Origin: Bdellovibrionales bacterium | Lineage (GTDB): Bacteria; Bdellovibrionota; UBA1018; CAIMNF01 | NCBI GenBank assembly: GCA_018266375.1 | Contig: JAFEAO010000005.1 | Coordinates: forward strand, 66,619 to 130,618 | Reading direction: 5' to 3' | Length of the DNA stretch: 64,000 nucleotides | Part shown: positions 56,476 through 64,000 of the stretch, piece by piece | How the letters are laid out: every line of letters begins with the position of its first letter | Position numbering within the stretch: the stretch's first letter is position 1 | Program-made: the position numbers and the translations under genes | Notes under the pieces: generated by a model | Told to the model about the DNA's origin: nothing | The model's input: only the letters and a program-made list of their open reading frames with translations | Database searches by the model: none

Positions 56476-56869
56476 GGTGTAGTCCCTTTCTTCTTCTGAT
56501 TCTTGTTCTTCTGAACCTAAACCTGCAATAAATCTTTCCCGATCCGATACGACTTTTCGACTGGTTCCACTGCTGGCTGCCTTCTCGCGAGGTGACTCGG
56601 AGGTCGATGGTGCATCGTCTGCGGTGAGCTCTTTTGGAGCTCGGTTTTCTAACGCCCAGGATTCTCGATGGTTATACAACGGAACGTGGGCATCCCAACA
56701 CTCTACTGAGCAAAAAACCAGTCCAGTACGTTTTCGGTTACAGGTCGAAACATTACAGGTCCAATACACAGATTTCAAGTGAATCGGTTTCTTACATGAG
56801 GAGCAAAGCTTCCAAACGATCTGTGTGGTGTCCACACTCGAAATTCTTCAATGGTTTCAAATAAAAAGC

Positions 56870-56918
56870 GAGGACAAAAAAAATGGGCTGCAACCAAAGG
56901 GGGGTGAGGTTGCAGCCC
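56870..56918 (-). terminator. minus-strand stem-loop + U-tract (intrinsic-terminator-like) just upstream of the histone-fold ORF
   Basis: gggctgcaacc...ggttgcagccc forms an 11-bp stem with a 12-nt G-rich loop. On the minus strand it is followed by AUUUUUUUUGUCCUCGCUUUUUAU. Confidence 0.4.
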
Positions 56919-57182
56919 GAAAAATGCGCCTTTGTGAGGGGGTTAGGGGGATCGGCACACTTATACTCCCCATTAAAGCAATGCCCATGCCATTGCAACA
57001 CAATGGGTCATCATCCCTGTATTTTAAGCGTTTTTTGTCTGACCCCGACCCTTGTTTATTACATACCGCATGTATATTTTATTTACACTCGTATATTTTC
57101 TACCAAGATTATTTAATATCAGGGCTTTGGGCTCCGCTATAGGAGGGTCGGCGTGGCACTAATCTTGTAATAATCAGTACAT

Positions 57183-57698
57183 ATGAAAAAGTTTATTCCA
57201 TCGTGCCTCTTGATGACACTGTTAGTGACCGCTCTGAGCGGTTGCGGTGAACTACGCCCCGAAGCGGCCGCTACCTACGCGCGCGAACGCCAAGAGCAGG
57301 AAGATCGCCAGAACCCACCGAAGATCCCAACCCTCGTCGTCAATAACATCACTTACGATTCGACTGGCGCGACCGATCTTCGTTACTTGATCTCTTTTAA
57401 CTCGGGCGCGAAAACTTTCAGCTTTCAAGTCTCAAGAACCGCTTGGGGCCCGACTTCAAAAACGATTTCGGTTTCTCGCAGTAACATGCCTGCTCAATTC
57501 GATTTGCTCGTCAGCGTATTCGCCGGCAAAGTCGGCATTACGGTCGATACTCAATGTACTACCGACTGTCCGGTCAGCTCTGCCGAGCTACTCCGCAGCG
57601 ACACGGGCGTGAGTATGTCCACTCCAAATCCTTTCGTTGCAGACGGCAATGGGAATCTCTTCACTAATTTGAATCATTTTATTTTAAACCACCTGTAG
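57183..57698 (+). CDS. hypothetical lipoprotein
   Basis: 171 aa with lipobox ALSGCG. No recognised domain. Confidence 0.6.
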   Translation: MKKFIPSCLLMTLLVTALSGCGELRPEAAATYARERQEQEDRQNPPKIPTLVVNNITYDSTGATDLRYLISFNSGAKTFSFQVSRTAWGPTSKTISVSRSNMPAQFDLLVSVFAGKVGITVDTQCTTDCPVSSAELLRSDTGVSMSTPNPFVADGNGNLFTNLNHFILNHL

Positions 57699-58272
57699 TA
57701 ATTGCTTCGAAGACCCCGCTCCGGATCATCGAAACCGCGATGGCAGCAAGTAAGAGAGCTGCGATTTTAGAAATCACGACCGTTCCGTCTTTGCCGATCA
57801 CTCTCTGGATAACGGCGCTTCGGAGCAGGACGATCCATGCAAATACGTAGTTTACAATCAATGCCGCAAGCGTGATCGGGTATCCCGTCGCATCGACTTG
57901 AATCATCAGTGCGGTCAATACCGCGGGGCCCGTGATGAGCGGTACTGCAAGCGGCACTACTCCGGTCGAGCCCGACACCTTCTGCTTGTTTTCCTGACCG
58001 CCCAAGAGGTCGGCAAGCGAGATCAGAAGGAGCACTAGCCCACCCGCCATTTTGAAATCAAAGAGCTGAATCCCGAGATAACGGAACAGCGCGCGTCCGC
58101 CGACCATGAAAACTACGGCGACAACGAGGGCAACGAGCATGGATTGGTTGACGACCTTGCGGCGCTGATCCTCGGGAAGATCGCGGGTCATGCCCAGATA
58201 CACCGGTAGCGTACCGATAATGTCTAATGCTACAAACACCGCGGTAAAGGTCAGTAGGAAATTTTGGAACAT
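57679..58272 (-). CDS. MarC-family (UPF0056) integral membrane protein
   Basis: 197 aa with 6 TMs. The N-terminus FLLTFTAVFVALDIIGTLPVYL is typical of MarC. Confidence 0.8.
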   Translation of the reverse strand: MFQNFLLTFTAVFVALDIIGTLPVYLGMTRDLPEDQRRKVVNQSMLVALVVAVVFMVGGRALFRYLGIQLFDFKMAGGLVLLLISLADLLGGQENKQKVSGSTGVVPLAVPLITGPAVLTALMIQVDATGYPITLAALIVNYVFAWIVLLRSAVIQRVIGKDGTVVISKIAALLLAAIAVSMIRSGVFEAITTGGLK

Positions 58273-58283
58273 GAACTTTTTTA

Positions 58284-60068
58284 TTAGCCGACTTGCTTCT
58301 CGCCGCTGTCTTTATCGCTGTCTGTGCTCGTCGGCGGTACCAATTTGGCGATGCGTACCTGATTGCGTCCATTGCGCTTACATTCGTACATCGCATCGTC
58401 GGCCATGTTAAAGAGAGCGCGCGGATCCTTGGTGTGAAGCCCAGTTTGAGAAATACCCACGGAGACCGTCACCTTCAAATTTAGATTTTCGTAGACGAAG
58501 TCTTTCTTCGCGATTTTTTCGCGGAATTCTTCGAGCAATAAAATCGCTTCTTCGGCCGTAGTTTCAGGCATGACCAAACAAAACTCCTCGCCACCATAAC
58601 GGTAAGCCTGGTCCTGATGGCCTTGACGACGCAGATCCATAAATACTGATGCGACCGATTTCAGGATGAAATCGCCGGCTTTGTGGCCGTGCTTATCGTT
58701 GAATTGTTTGAAATGGTCGATGTCGCAAATCACAAGCGAGAGCGGCTTATCTTCGACCACCGCTTTTGCGGCGAGTTCGTAGAACGTGTCCTCGAAGTGA
58801 CGCGAGTTATTGAGACCGGTGAGACGGTCGGTGATCGACGCCGAGTAGAGACGCGACTTGTGCAACGAGACCGCGGATTGGTCGGCGATCCCTTGCAAGA
58901 GACTCAAGTCCTCGCGAGTGAAGCGTCCGAGCGTATCGAGAACGGCTGACCCGTCTTTTTCGATATGCACCTTGTTGGTGAAGTTCATGATGCCCTCGAG
59001 CTGGCCGCCGTTCAATACCGGGACCGAGCAGATGCAGTAAGTTTCAAAAGAGCCCATTTGCGGAATGTCATCGCGGTTATTGACCACGACCGATTTGCGC
59101 TGAAGGGCTGATTGTCCGGCGATCCCCTCGCCGATGTCAAATGACTTGGTCTCGATCCGCCCCGAGTTCAAACCTTCGAGTACGTTTTCGTCGATGTAAC
59201 CCCACGCGACCGTGAGCTCGAGTTTGCCGGTCTGACGGTTCAAGAGCATCAGGTTGCCCTTTTGCGCTTTGACCGCCTTGACCGCGTTGCGAATCGTTTC
59301 GCGGCAAAGGAGTTTGAAATCGTTGATCGTCGACAACTCTTGGTGGAAATCGTAAAGAATCTGAATGTTGTTCAAGATCCGTTGGTTTTTCTCGTAACGA
59401 AGGGTCGAGTCGATGATCGTAGTAGCGAGCGACGCGAGCTCTTGGACGAACGAATAATCGGTTTCTGAAATCTGAGTCCCATCGCGGCGTTCGCCGAGCG
59501 TGAGGACACCGATGACCTCGCCGCTTTTAATGAGCGGACACCAGAAGTCCGAGCGCAAAACGTCGAGGCCGAGTTTTTCCCATGCGGTCGTGAAACGCGG
59601 TTCCTTTTGAAGGTCGCGGACCGAAAACACGTTACCTTGTTGAATGAGCTGCCAGAGAAGACCGTTGTTCTTTTCGATGCGGAAAAGATAGAGCGGCTCT
59701 TTGCGGCCCATCGAATCGATGTAGTGATCCTCGAGTCCGAAATAGCGCATCACCTGGAAGTGCTCTTTCTCGCCGTTTTCAAAATCTTCTTTGAGGAGCA
59801 CGCTTGAATTGGTGAGGTCGTAACGCTCGCGGACGACGGCCATGAAAGTATCGAGCAAGTGCGGAAGGTTCAAAATATTTGAAAGACCTTTACCTGATTG
59901 AAGGAGCGCTTGCATTTCGAAAATTCGAATGTCCTGCGCGGTGACTTTACCTTTGAGACCTTTGATCTCGCGCTTCAAACTACGGATCAAATCCCCTTGG
60001 CTGTTGTCGAAACCATCCCCGGTGTGGGTGGCAGTGACCTCTAAAAATTTTGGGTTGGAAGAATCCAT
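58284..60068 (-). CDS. GAF-domain diguanylate cyclase (GGDEF)
   Basis: 594 aa with two GAF-like regions, then GGDEF with RYGGEEF (A-site) and a RxxD I-site context (...DRLTGLNNSRHFEDTF...). Confidence 0.88.
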   Translation of the reverse strand: MDSSNPKFLEVTATHTGDGFDNSQGDLIRSLKREIKGLKGKVTAQDIRIFEMQALLQSGKGLSNILNLPHLLDTFMAVVRERYDLTNSSVLLKEDFENGEKEHFQVMRYFGLEDHYIDSMGRKEPLYLFRIEKNNGLLWQLIQQGNVFSVRDLQKEPRFTTAWEKLGLDVLRSDFWCPLIKSGEVIGVLTLGERRDGTQISETDYSFVQELASLATTIIDSTLRYEKNQRILNNIQILYDFHQELSTINDFKLLCRETIRNAVKAVKAQKGNLMLLNRQTGKLELTVAWGYIDENVLEGLNSGRIETKSFDIGEGIAGQSALQRKSVVVNNRDDIPQMGSFETYCICSVPVLNGGQLEGIMNFTNKVHIEKDGSAVLDTLGRFTREDLSLLQGIADQSAVSLHKSRLYSASITDRLTGLNNSRHFEDTFYELAAKAVVEDKPLSLVICDIDHFKQFNDKHGHKAGDFILKSVASVFMDLRRQGHQDQAYRYGGEEFCLVMPETTAEEAILLLEEFREKIAKKDFVYENLNLKVTVSVGISQTGLHTKDPRALFNMADDAMYECKRNGRNQVRIAKLVPPTSTDSDKDSGEKQVG

Positions 60069-60201
60069 ATCACTGCACTTTTCGGTAGAATCGGGTCAAA
60101 AATTAAACGCAAATTTTCCCAGTGATTACATATATTTTGTTGAGTTTGGATTGGCCCGATAAATAATTGACTGAGAGGGCCTCGGTGACTATACTCCGCG
60201 C

Positions 60202-62076
60202 ATGTCAAAACGCGCACATTCTTTAGTTTTTACCCTAACTTACGCAATCTTCGCGGCAATCCCGGCCGCCACCGCCGCTCCTTACGCAGCGCCGGTGAAG
60301 CTCTCTTTCTTAATGACAAATGACGTCCACGGTCACCTTGAGCCAAACGGGAGCATCGGAGGCCTCAGCACTCTTGCCACCATTGTTCATACCATCGCCG
60401 GGCAAGCGGAATATCAGAACGGTCGCGCCGGTTTCTTTACCATCGACTCGGGCGACCAATTCCAGGGCACGCTCATCAGCAACTACGACGAAGGCAGTGC
60501 GGTCTTCAAAGCATTCAATGAAATCGGATACGACGCGATCATTCCAGGCAACCACGATTACGACTTCGGTCCGATCAACTGGCTTTACGACCGTGTGACC
60601 CCAGGCCAAACCGGCAACAATCCGCGCGAAGTGATCGAAGGCTTGTCCGCAATCGCGAAATTCCCGATGCTGTCCGCCAACACCTATATTAAGAAAACGA
60701 TCAAGAGCACTGTTGCAGGCGAACTCACTCTCGACAACTCATGCGTTCCAACCAACCAAACCCTGCGGGACAAGCTCGATTTCAGCACCGCTGAACGCCC
60801 GGCGTTCTTGAAGCCTTACGTGATCGTCGAAAAAGCCGGCGTTCGCGTCGCCCTCATCGGTATCGACAACAAAAATACAACCGCCATGACCACCGGTGAA
60901 AACGTCGGTGACCTCTGCTTCCGCGATGAAGCCGAGACTTACATCGAACTCCGCAAACAACTCGAAGGCCAAGCCGACGTGTTCGTGATCCTCATGCACA
61001 ACGGCGACACTAAAAGCACTGAGAAAGCGACTTTGGGCGTGAAAGACGGATCCGACATCGGATCTAAAATCTTGGACGCGATTCCGGACGGCGTGGATTT
61101 GATCGCCGCCGGCCACACCCACTACACTCACAATAACCAAGTCAACGGTGTACGCGTAATCCAAGACGGTGCTGAAGCTAGAGCCTTCGGCCGCGTGGAT
61201 TTATTTTTCGACCCGATTAACAAAAAAGTTTTAAGGAACATGACCCGCAGCTGGGCAGGCCAGGAGATCGACCCGGGCAAGTGCGCGATCGAGAAAGCCG
61301 ACCGCAACGCGTTCATCTGCGATCAGTATCCGGTACTCCCCGTTGCTAAAAACGCGGTGGTCGAAGACATCATCGCGAGCTTAAAGAATCAGATTGCACC
61401 GCTCGCGAAAAAGAAAATTCTTACCGCGAACGTGAAACTCACCCGCAACCGCATTGGCGAGAGCCCGCTCACGAACGTACTGACCGACGCTTTTCGCCGC
61501 GCGACGAAGACCGAGATTTCATTCATGAACACCGGTGGGATCCGCGTCGACTTGCCGGCGGGCGACATTTTGTACGAAAAATACTTCGAAGTCCTCCCGT
61601 TCAACAACCAAGCGGTGATCATCAATGCTTTACGCTGGGACATGGTAAAGACCTTGCTGATCAAGTCGATCCAAACTTGCGGCAAATACGGCTCACTCCT
61701 TTTCAGCGGTCTCCGAATCGAGTTCACCCGTACTTGCACTCCGACCAGTGACATGGACATGAACGCCCAGCTTGTAAAAGTCACAACCGACTCGGGCGAA
61801 GTCCTCATGGATGGCCGCTTTGAAGTTGCCGCGGACCGCACTTTCAAAATTGCGACTCTAGACTTTATCGCGGACGGCGGCAACGGATACGAAGTGTTTC
61901 GCGGCGTGAAGCAAGACGGACGCCCGGGCATCGCCCGTGAACTCATCGCCGATCAATTGTCGAGCGAGCACTTCGTGGCTGAAGGCGCGGTCGACGGCCG
62001 CATGAAAAACATCGCCCCAACCGTACAGAGCACGATCAGGGCGATCGGTAATCCTCGCAATAGAGCTGGAAACTAG
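60202..62076 (+). CDS. secreted bifunctional 5'-nucleotidase / UDP-sugar hydrolase (UshA family)
   Basis: 624 aa with a signal peptide. It has calcineurin-like metallophosphatase motifs (NDVHGH, GNHDYDFG, GHTHY) plus a C-terminal 5'-nucleotidase substrate-binding domain. Confidence 0.85.
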   Translation: MSKRAHSLVFTLTYAIFAAIPAATAAPYAAPVKLSFLMTNDVHGHLEPNGSIGGLSTLATIVHTIAGQAEYQNGRAGFFTIDSGDQFQGTLISNYDEGSAVFKAFNEIGYDAIIPGNHDYDFGPINWLYDRVTPGQTGNNPREVIEGLSAIAKFPMLSANTYIKKTIKSTVAGELTLDNSCVPTNQTLRDKLDFSTAERPAFLKPYVIVEKAGVRVALIGIDNKNTTAMTTGENVGDLCFRDEAETYIELRKQLEGQADVFVILMHNGDTKSTEKATLGVKDGSDIGSKILDAIPDGVDLIAAGHTHYTHNNQVNGVRVIQDGAEARAFGRVDLFFDPINKKVLRNMTRSWAGQEIDPGKCAIEKADRNAFICDQYPVLPVAKNAVVEDIIASLKNQIAPLAKKKILTANVKLTRNRIGESPLTNVLTDAFRRATKTEISFMNTGGIRVDLPAGDILYEKYFEVLPFNNQAVIINALRWDMVKTLLIKSIQTCGKYGSLLFSGLRIEFTRTCTPTSDMDMNAQLVKVTTDSGEVLMDGRFEVAADRTFKIATLDFIADGGNGYEVFRGVKQDGRPGIARELIADQLSSEHFVAEGAVDGRMKNIAPTVQSTIRAIGNPRNRAGN

Positions 62077-63422
62077 TACATCAAGCTCGGTATTGGGAGA
62101 ACGAAGCCTTCGCTTTGTTCAACCTTGCCGCCGACGCTTGATACGTCGCTGACCTGCAAGCGAGCCGCTGCGATCGCAGCAGTCAGTTCAGACGACAGCG
62201 CGAGCTTAGCCGCAGTCACCGCGCGGTTCTTGTTCACGATACCGCCGGACACAACCTTGCCTTTCATGAAATCCTTCATGTCGGAAGTTTCCATCAGAAT
62301 CTTCTTGATGTCGGAGTTCGAGAGGCTTGGGTTTTCGTCCAACAGGCGGCCGATCGCGTTGGTCACGAACGGAGCCGCTTGAGACGTCCCGCTGACGGTC
62401 AGATACTGATCGCCTGGGATAGTAGACAGGATGCCTACGCCTGGGGCGGCAACTTCGACCAACTTCTCACCGTAGTTCGAGAAGCTGGCGATCTTGTTGT
62501 AGTCCTGGGTCGCGGCAACCGTGATAGTGTTATCCAACTTCAAGTTTGCCGGGAAGGTCGGAAGCTCGTCGTTGTTGGTGCCGTCGTTACCGGCAGCGAT
62601 CACAAAAAGGGTCTTCGGTGAGCCTGTTGCAAACGTCTTGCCCGCTGAAACGATTTCAGAGACGAAGTATCTGCTGAAATCCAGAAGCTCTTCCGGAGTC
62701 GCGTCGCGGCCCATGGCGATCTTCAGGATCGGTTTCAGGATGGTCGAAGCCGCGGTAGTGCTGGTTCCGAAAGAACAGTTCGCTACGCGAGCGTTCTCTT
62801 TTTTAACGTAAGCACTCATCGGAGCAAGCGCCTTGGATTGTTGACCTGCGAGCAATTTCAGAAAGCCCTTGATCACTTTCGCGCTCAAGTGCAATCCGCG
62901 GCCGTTACCGCTGCTGCCTCCGCCCATAGCCGCTGGAGCCTGGACTTTGGTCGCCATGATCTTCAAGCCCATGATGCGAGCCGCATCCGCGTCGCGGGCG
63001 CTGATGCCTGCAACGTGAGTTCCGTGAACGAAGTTCCCGAACGTACCGAGTTCGGCGATGAGCGCGGTGTTTTCGCGAGCAGCCGACATCCAAGCTTTAT
63101 CCTCGTCAGTACCGATACCTTTCAGCAAACGGGTCTGAACTTCGAAAAACTTGTAGACGTCGCTTGAGAAGGTGCCGAGGAATTTACGGTCGATCAACTT
63201 GTTGTTGCCGTCCGCGAAGTTCCAGCCGTTCACGTCGTCGATGTAGCCGTTGTCGTCGTTATCGACGGCGTCGTCCACGTCTTTTGGGTTAACCCAGGCT
63301 TTGCTTTGCAAATCCTTGTGGGTCAGATCGGTGCCCGAGTCGATGATCGCGATCGTTGTCGCGTGAGCCGAGCCCACGATCAAAAACGCCGCAAGTGCCA
63401 ATACGCCATTGAGTTTATTCAT
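62073..63422 (-). CDS. secreted subtilisin-like serine protease (S8)
   Basis: 449 aa with a signal peptide and the catalytic triad contexts IAIIDSGTD (Asp), HGTHVAGI (His) and GTSQAAPFV (Ser). Confidence 0.88.
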   Translation of the reverse strand: MNKLNGVLALAAFLIVGSAHATTIAIIDSGTDLTHKDLQSKAWVNPKDVDDAVDNDDNGYIDDVNGWNFADGNNKLIDRKFLGTFSSDVYKFFEVQTRLLKGIGTDEDKAWMSAARENTALIAELGTFGNFVHGTHVAGISARDADAARIMGLKIMATKVQAPAAMGGGSSGNGRGLHLSAKVIKGFLKLLAGQQSKALAPMSAYVKKENARVANCSFGTSTTAASTILKPILKIAMGRDATPEELLDFSRYFVSEIVSAGKTFATGSPKTLFVIAAGNDGTNNDELPTFPANLKLDNTITVAATQDYNKIASFSNYGEKLVEVAAPGVGILSTIPGDQYLTVSGTSQAAPFVTNAIGRLLDENPSLSNSDIKKILMETSDMKDFMKGKVVSGGIVNKNRAVTAAKLALSSELTAAIAAARLQVSDVSSVGGKVEQSEGFVLPIPSLMY

Positions 63423-63446
63423 GGTGTGTTCCTTTGTTGTGTTGAA

Positions 63447-64000
63447 TTACTGAAGGGTCAGGCCGCCACGACGGATGTCGTTAGCCAGATCTTCGCCGGT
63501 TTCATATTGAAGCTGTGAACGACCGAACACCGGTGCATGAGCGCGTGAACGGTGTGCCGCTTTATAAATGAAGTCCGAGATTGGAGCCGCGATGTAGCGA
63601 CCCATCACGAATTCAAGCTTGTCCGCCGCTTTGCTGCAAAGTTGGTTCAGCTGAGAAGGCCAGCCTTGCTTGATGATGATCGCCTTACATGCATAGAGTG
63701 ACACGTAGTAAGTGATGATATTCGCGAACGGGATGAAGTGTTTGCGGTATTCGATACGGTTATCGACACCGGCGACTTGCCATTCTCCGTTTGGACGAAA
63801 CACGACCGGAATCGCGAAATTCAAGGTACGAACGGTTTTGATAATCGGAAGATTCAAGATTAACGCACCGAACTTATCGCCGAGCTTGTTGATGTAGGTT
63901 TCGAGCCAGGCAAAAAGCGGGGCGTGATCGCCGAGGTCGTTGAACTGAAGCATCATCATCGCGTTTTCGAAGTTCAAGGAACCTTCGTCGGATTCCCATT
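63447..64000 (-). CDS. hypothetical protein, probably 5'-truncated by the window end
   Basis: The ORF is open in-frame upstream of the TTG chosen by the ORF track, through to position 64000 (..WESDEGS-LNFENAMMM...). No motif recognised. Confidence 0.4.
   Translation of the reverse strand, partial: WESDEGSLNFENAMMMLQFNDLGDHAPLFAWLETYINKLGDKFGALILNLPIIKTVRTLNFAIPVVFRPNGEWQVAGVDNRIEYRKHFIPFANIITYYVSLYACKAIIIKQGWPSQLNQLCSKAADKLEFVMGRYIAAPISDFIYKAAHRSRAHAPVFGRSQLQYETGEDLANDIRRGGLTLQ

Noticed and set aside
1-64000. Search for mobile elements (transposase, integrase, phage genes) given the tRNA-adjacent accessory patch
   Set aside because: No ORF with DDE transposase, tyrosine/serine recombinase or phage structural motifs was recognised. 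No flanking direct repeats of a tRNA 3' end were seen, so no mobile_element feature is reported.

Overview
This is a 64 kb chromosomal window whose gene content fits a Bdellovibrio-like predatory bacterium. It shows an E. coli-type str/rif layout (tuf-tRNATrp-secE-nusG-rplKAJL-rpoB on the minus strand, preceded by a thrU-tyrU-glyT-thrT-like tRNA cluster), tandem flagellin genes, a histone-fold gene and many secreted hydrolases and lipoproteins. The organism assignment is inference.

Content from 5' to 3':
- **1-6.4 kb:** partial rpoB, the L7/L12-L10-L1-L11-NusG-SecE block, EF-Tu and five tRNAs.
- **6.6-9.1 kb:** a small accessory patch beside the tRNA cluster with three secreted/lipoprotein genes and a 20-bp tandem repeat.
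- **9.1-16.3 kb:** MeaB-like GTPase, RecQ-like helicase, and an LPS-core/glycosylation cluster (MprF-like TM protein, GATase, two GT-A enzymes, heptosyltransferase), then a GST.
- **18.2-21.6 kb:** pyrB-pyrC-carA operon.
- **21.6-25.4 kb:** a 1266-aa secreted multidomain protein.
- **25.5-29.6 kb:** TauE permease, an ArnT-like GT-C, lepA.
- **29.8-33.1 kb:** BamE-like lipoprotein, RlmD/RumA-type rRNA methyltransferase, PilF-like TPR lipoprotein, RodZ.
- **33.4-36.7 kb:** SAM methyltransferase, LptF/G permease, WbaP-type sugar phosphotransferase.
- **36.8-40.2 kb:** pepA-asnS-trmL.
- **40.3-43.1 kb:** an atypical OmpR-family regulator followed by two flagellin genes.
- **43.4-47.3 kb:** TPR lipoprotein, AttH-like protein, C11 peptidase, LolA.
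- **47.3-51.3 kb:** SMC, preceded by a pseudo-receiver.
- **51.8-56.2 kb:** the most unusual module in the window. A Dpm1/ArnC-like GT2 is translationally coupled to a 1216-aa fusion of an ArnT/PMT-like GT-C membrane glycosyltransferase with about 700 aa of novel Asp/Thr-rich tandem repeats (unit G-x-D-G-x-x-G-T-x-D-D-V).
- **56.3-56.8 kb:** a histone-fold protein gene with a possible FCS/TRASH-like zinc-ribbon N-terminal extension.
- **57.2-64 kb:** lipoprotein, MarC, GAF-GGDEF cyclase, UshA-like 5'-nucleotidase, S8 protease and a partial ORF.

No transposase, integrase or CRISPR array was seen. Manually read coordinates (tRNAs, hairpins, motifs) may be off by 1-2 nt.
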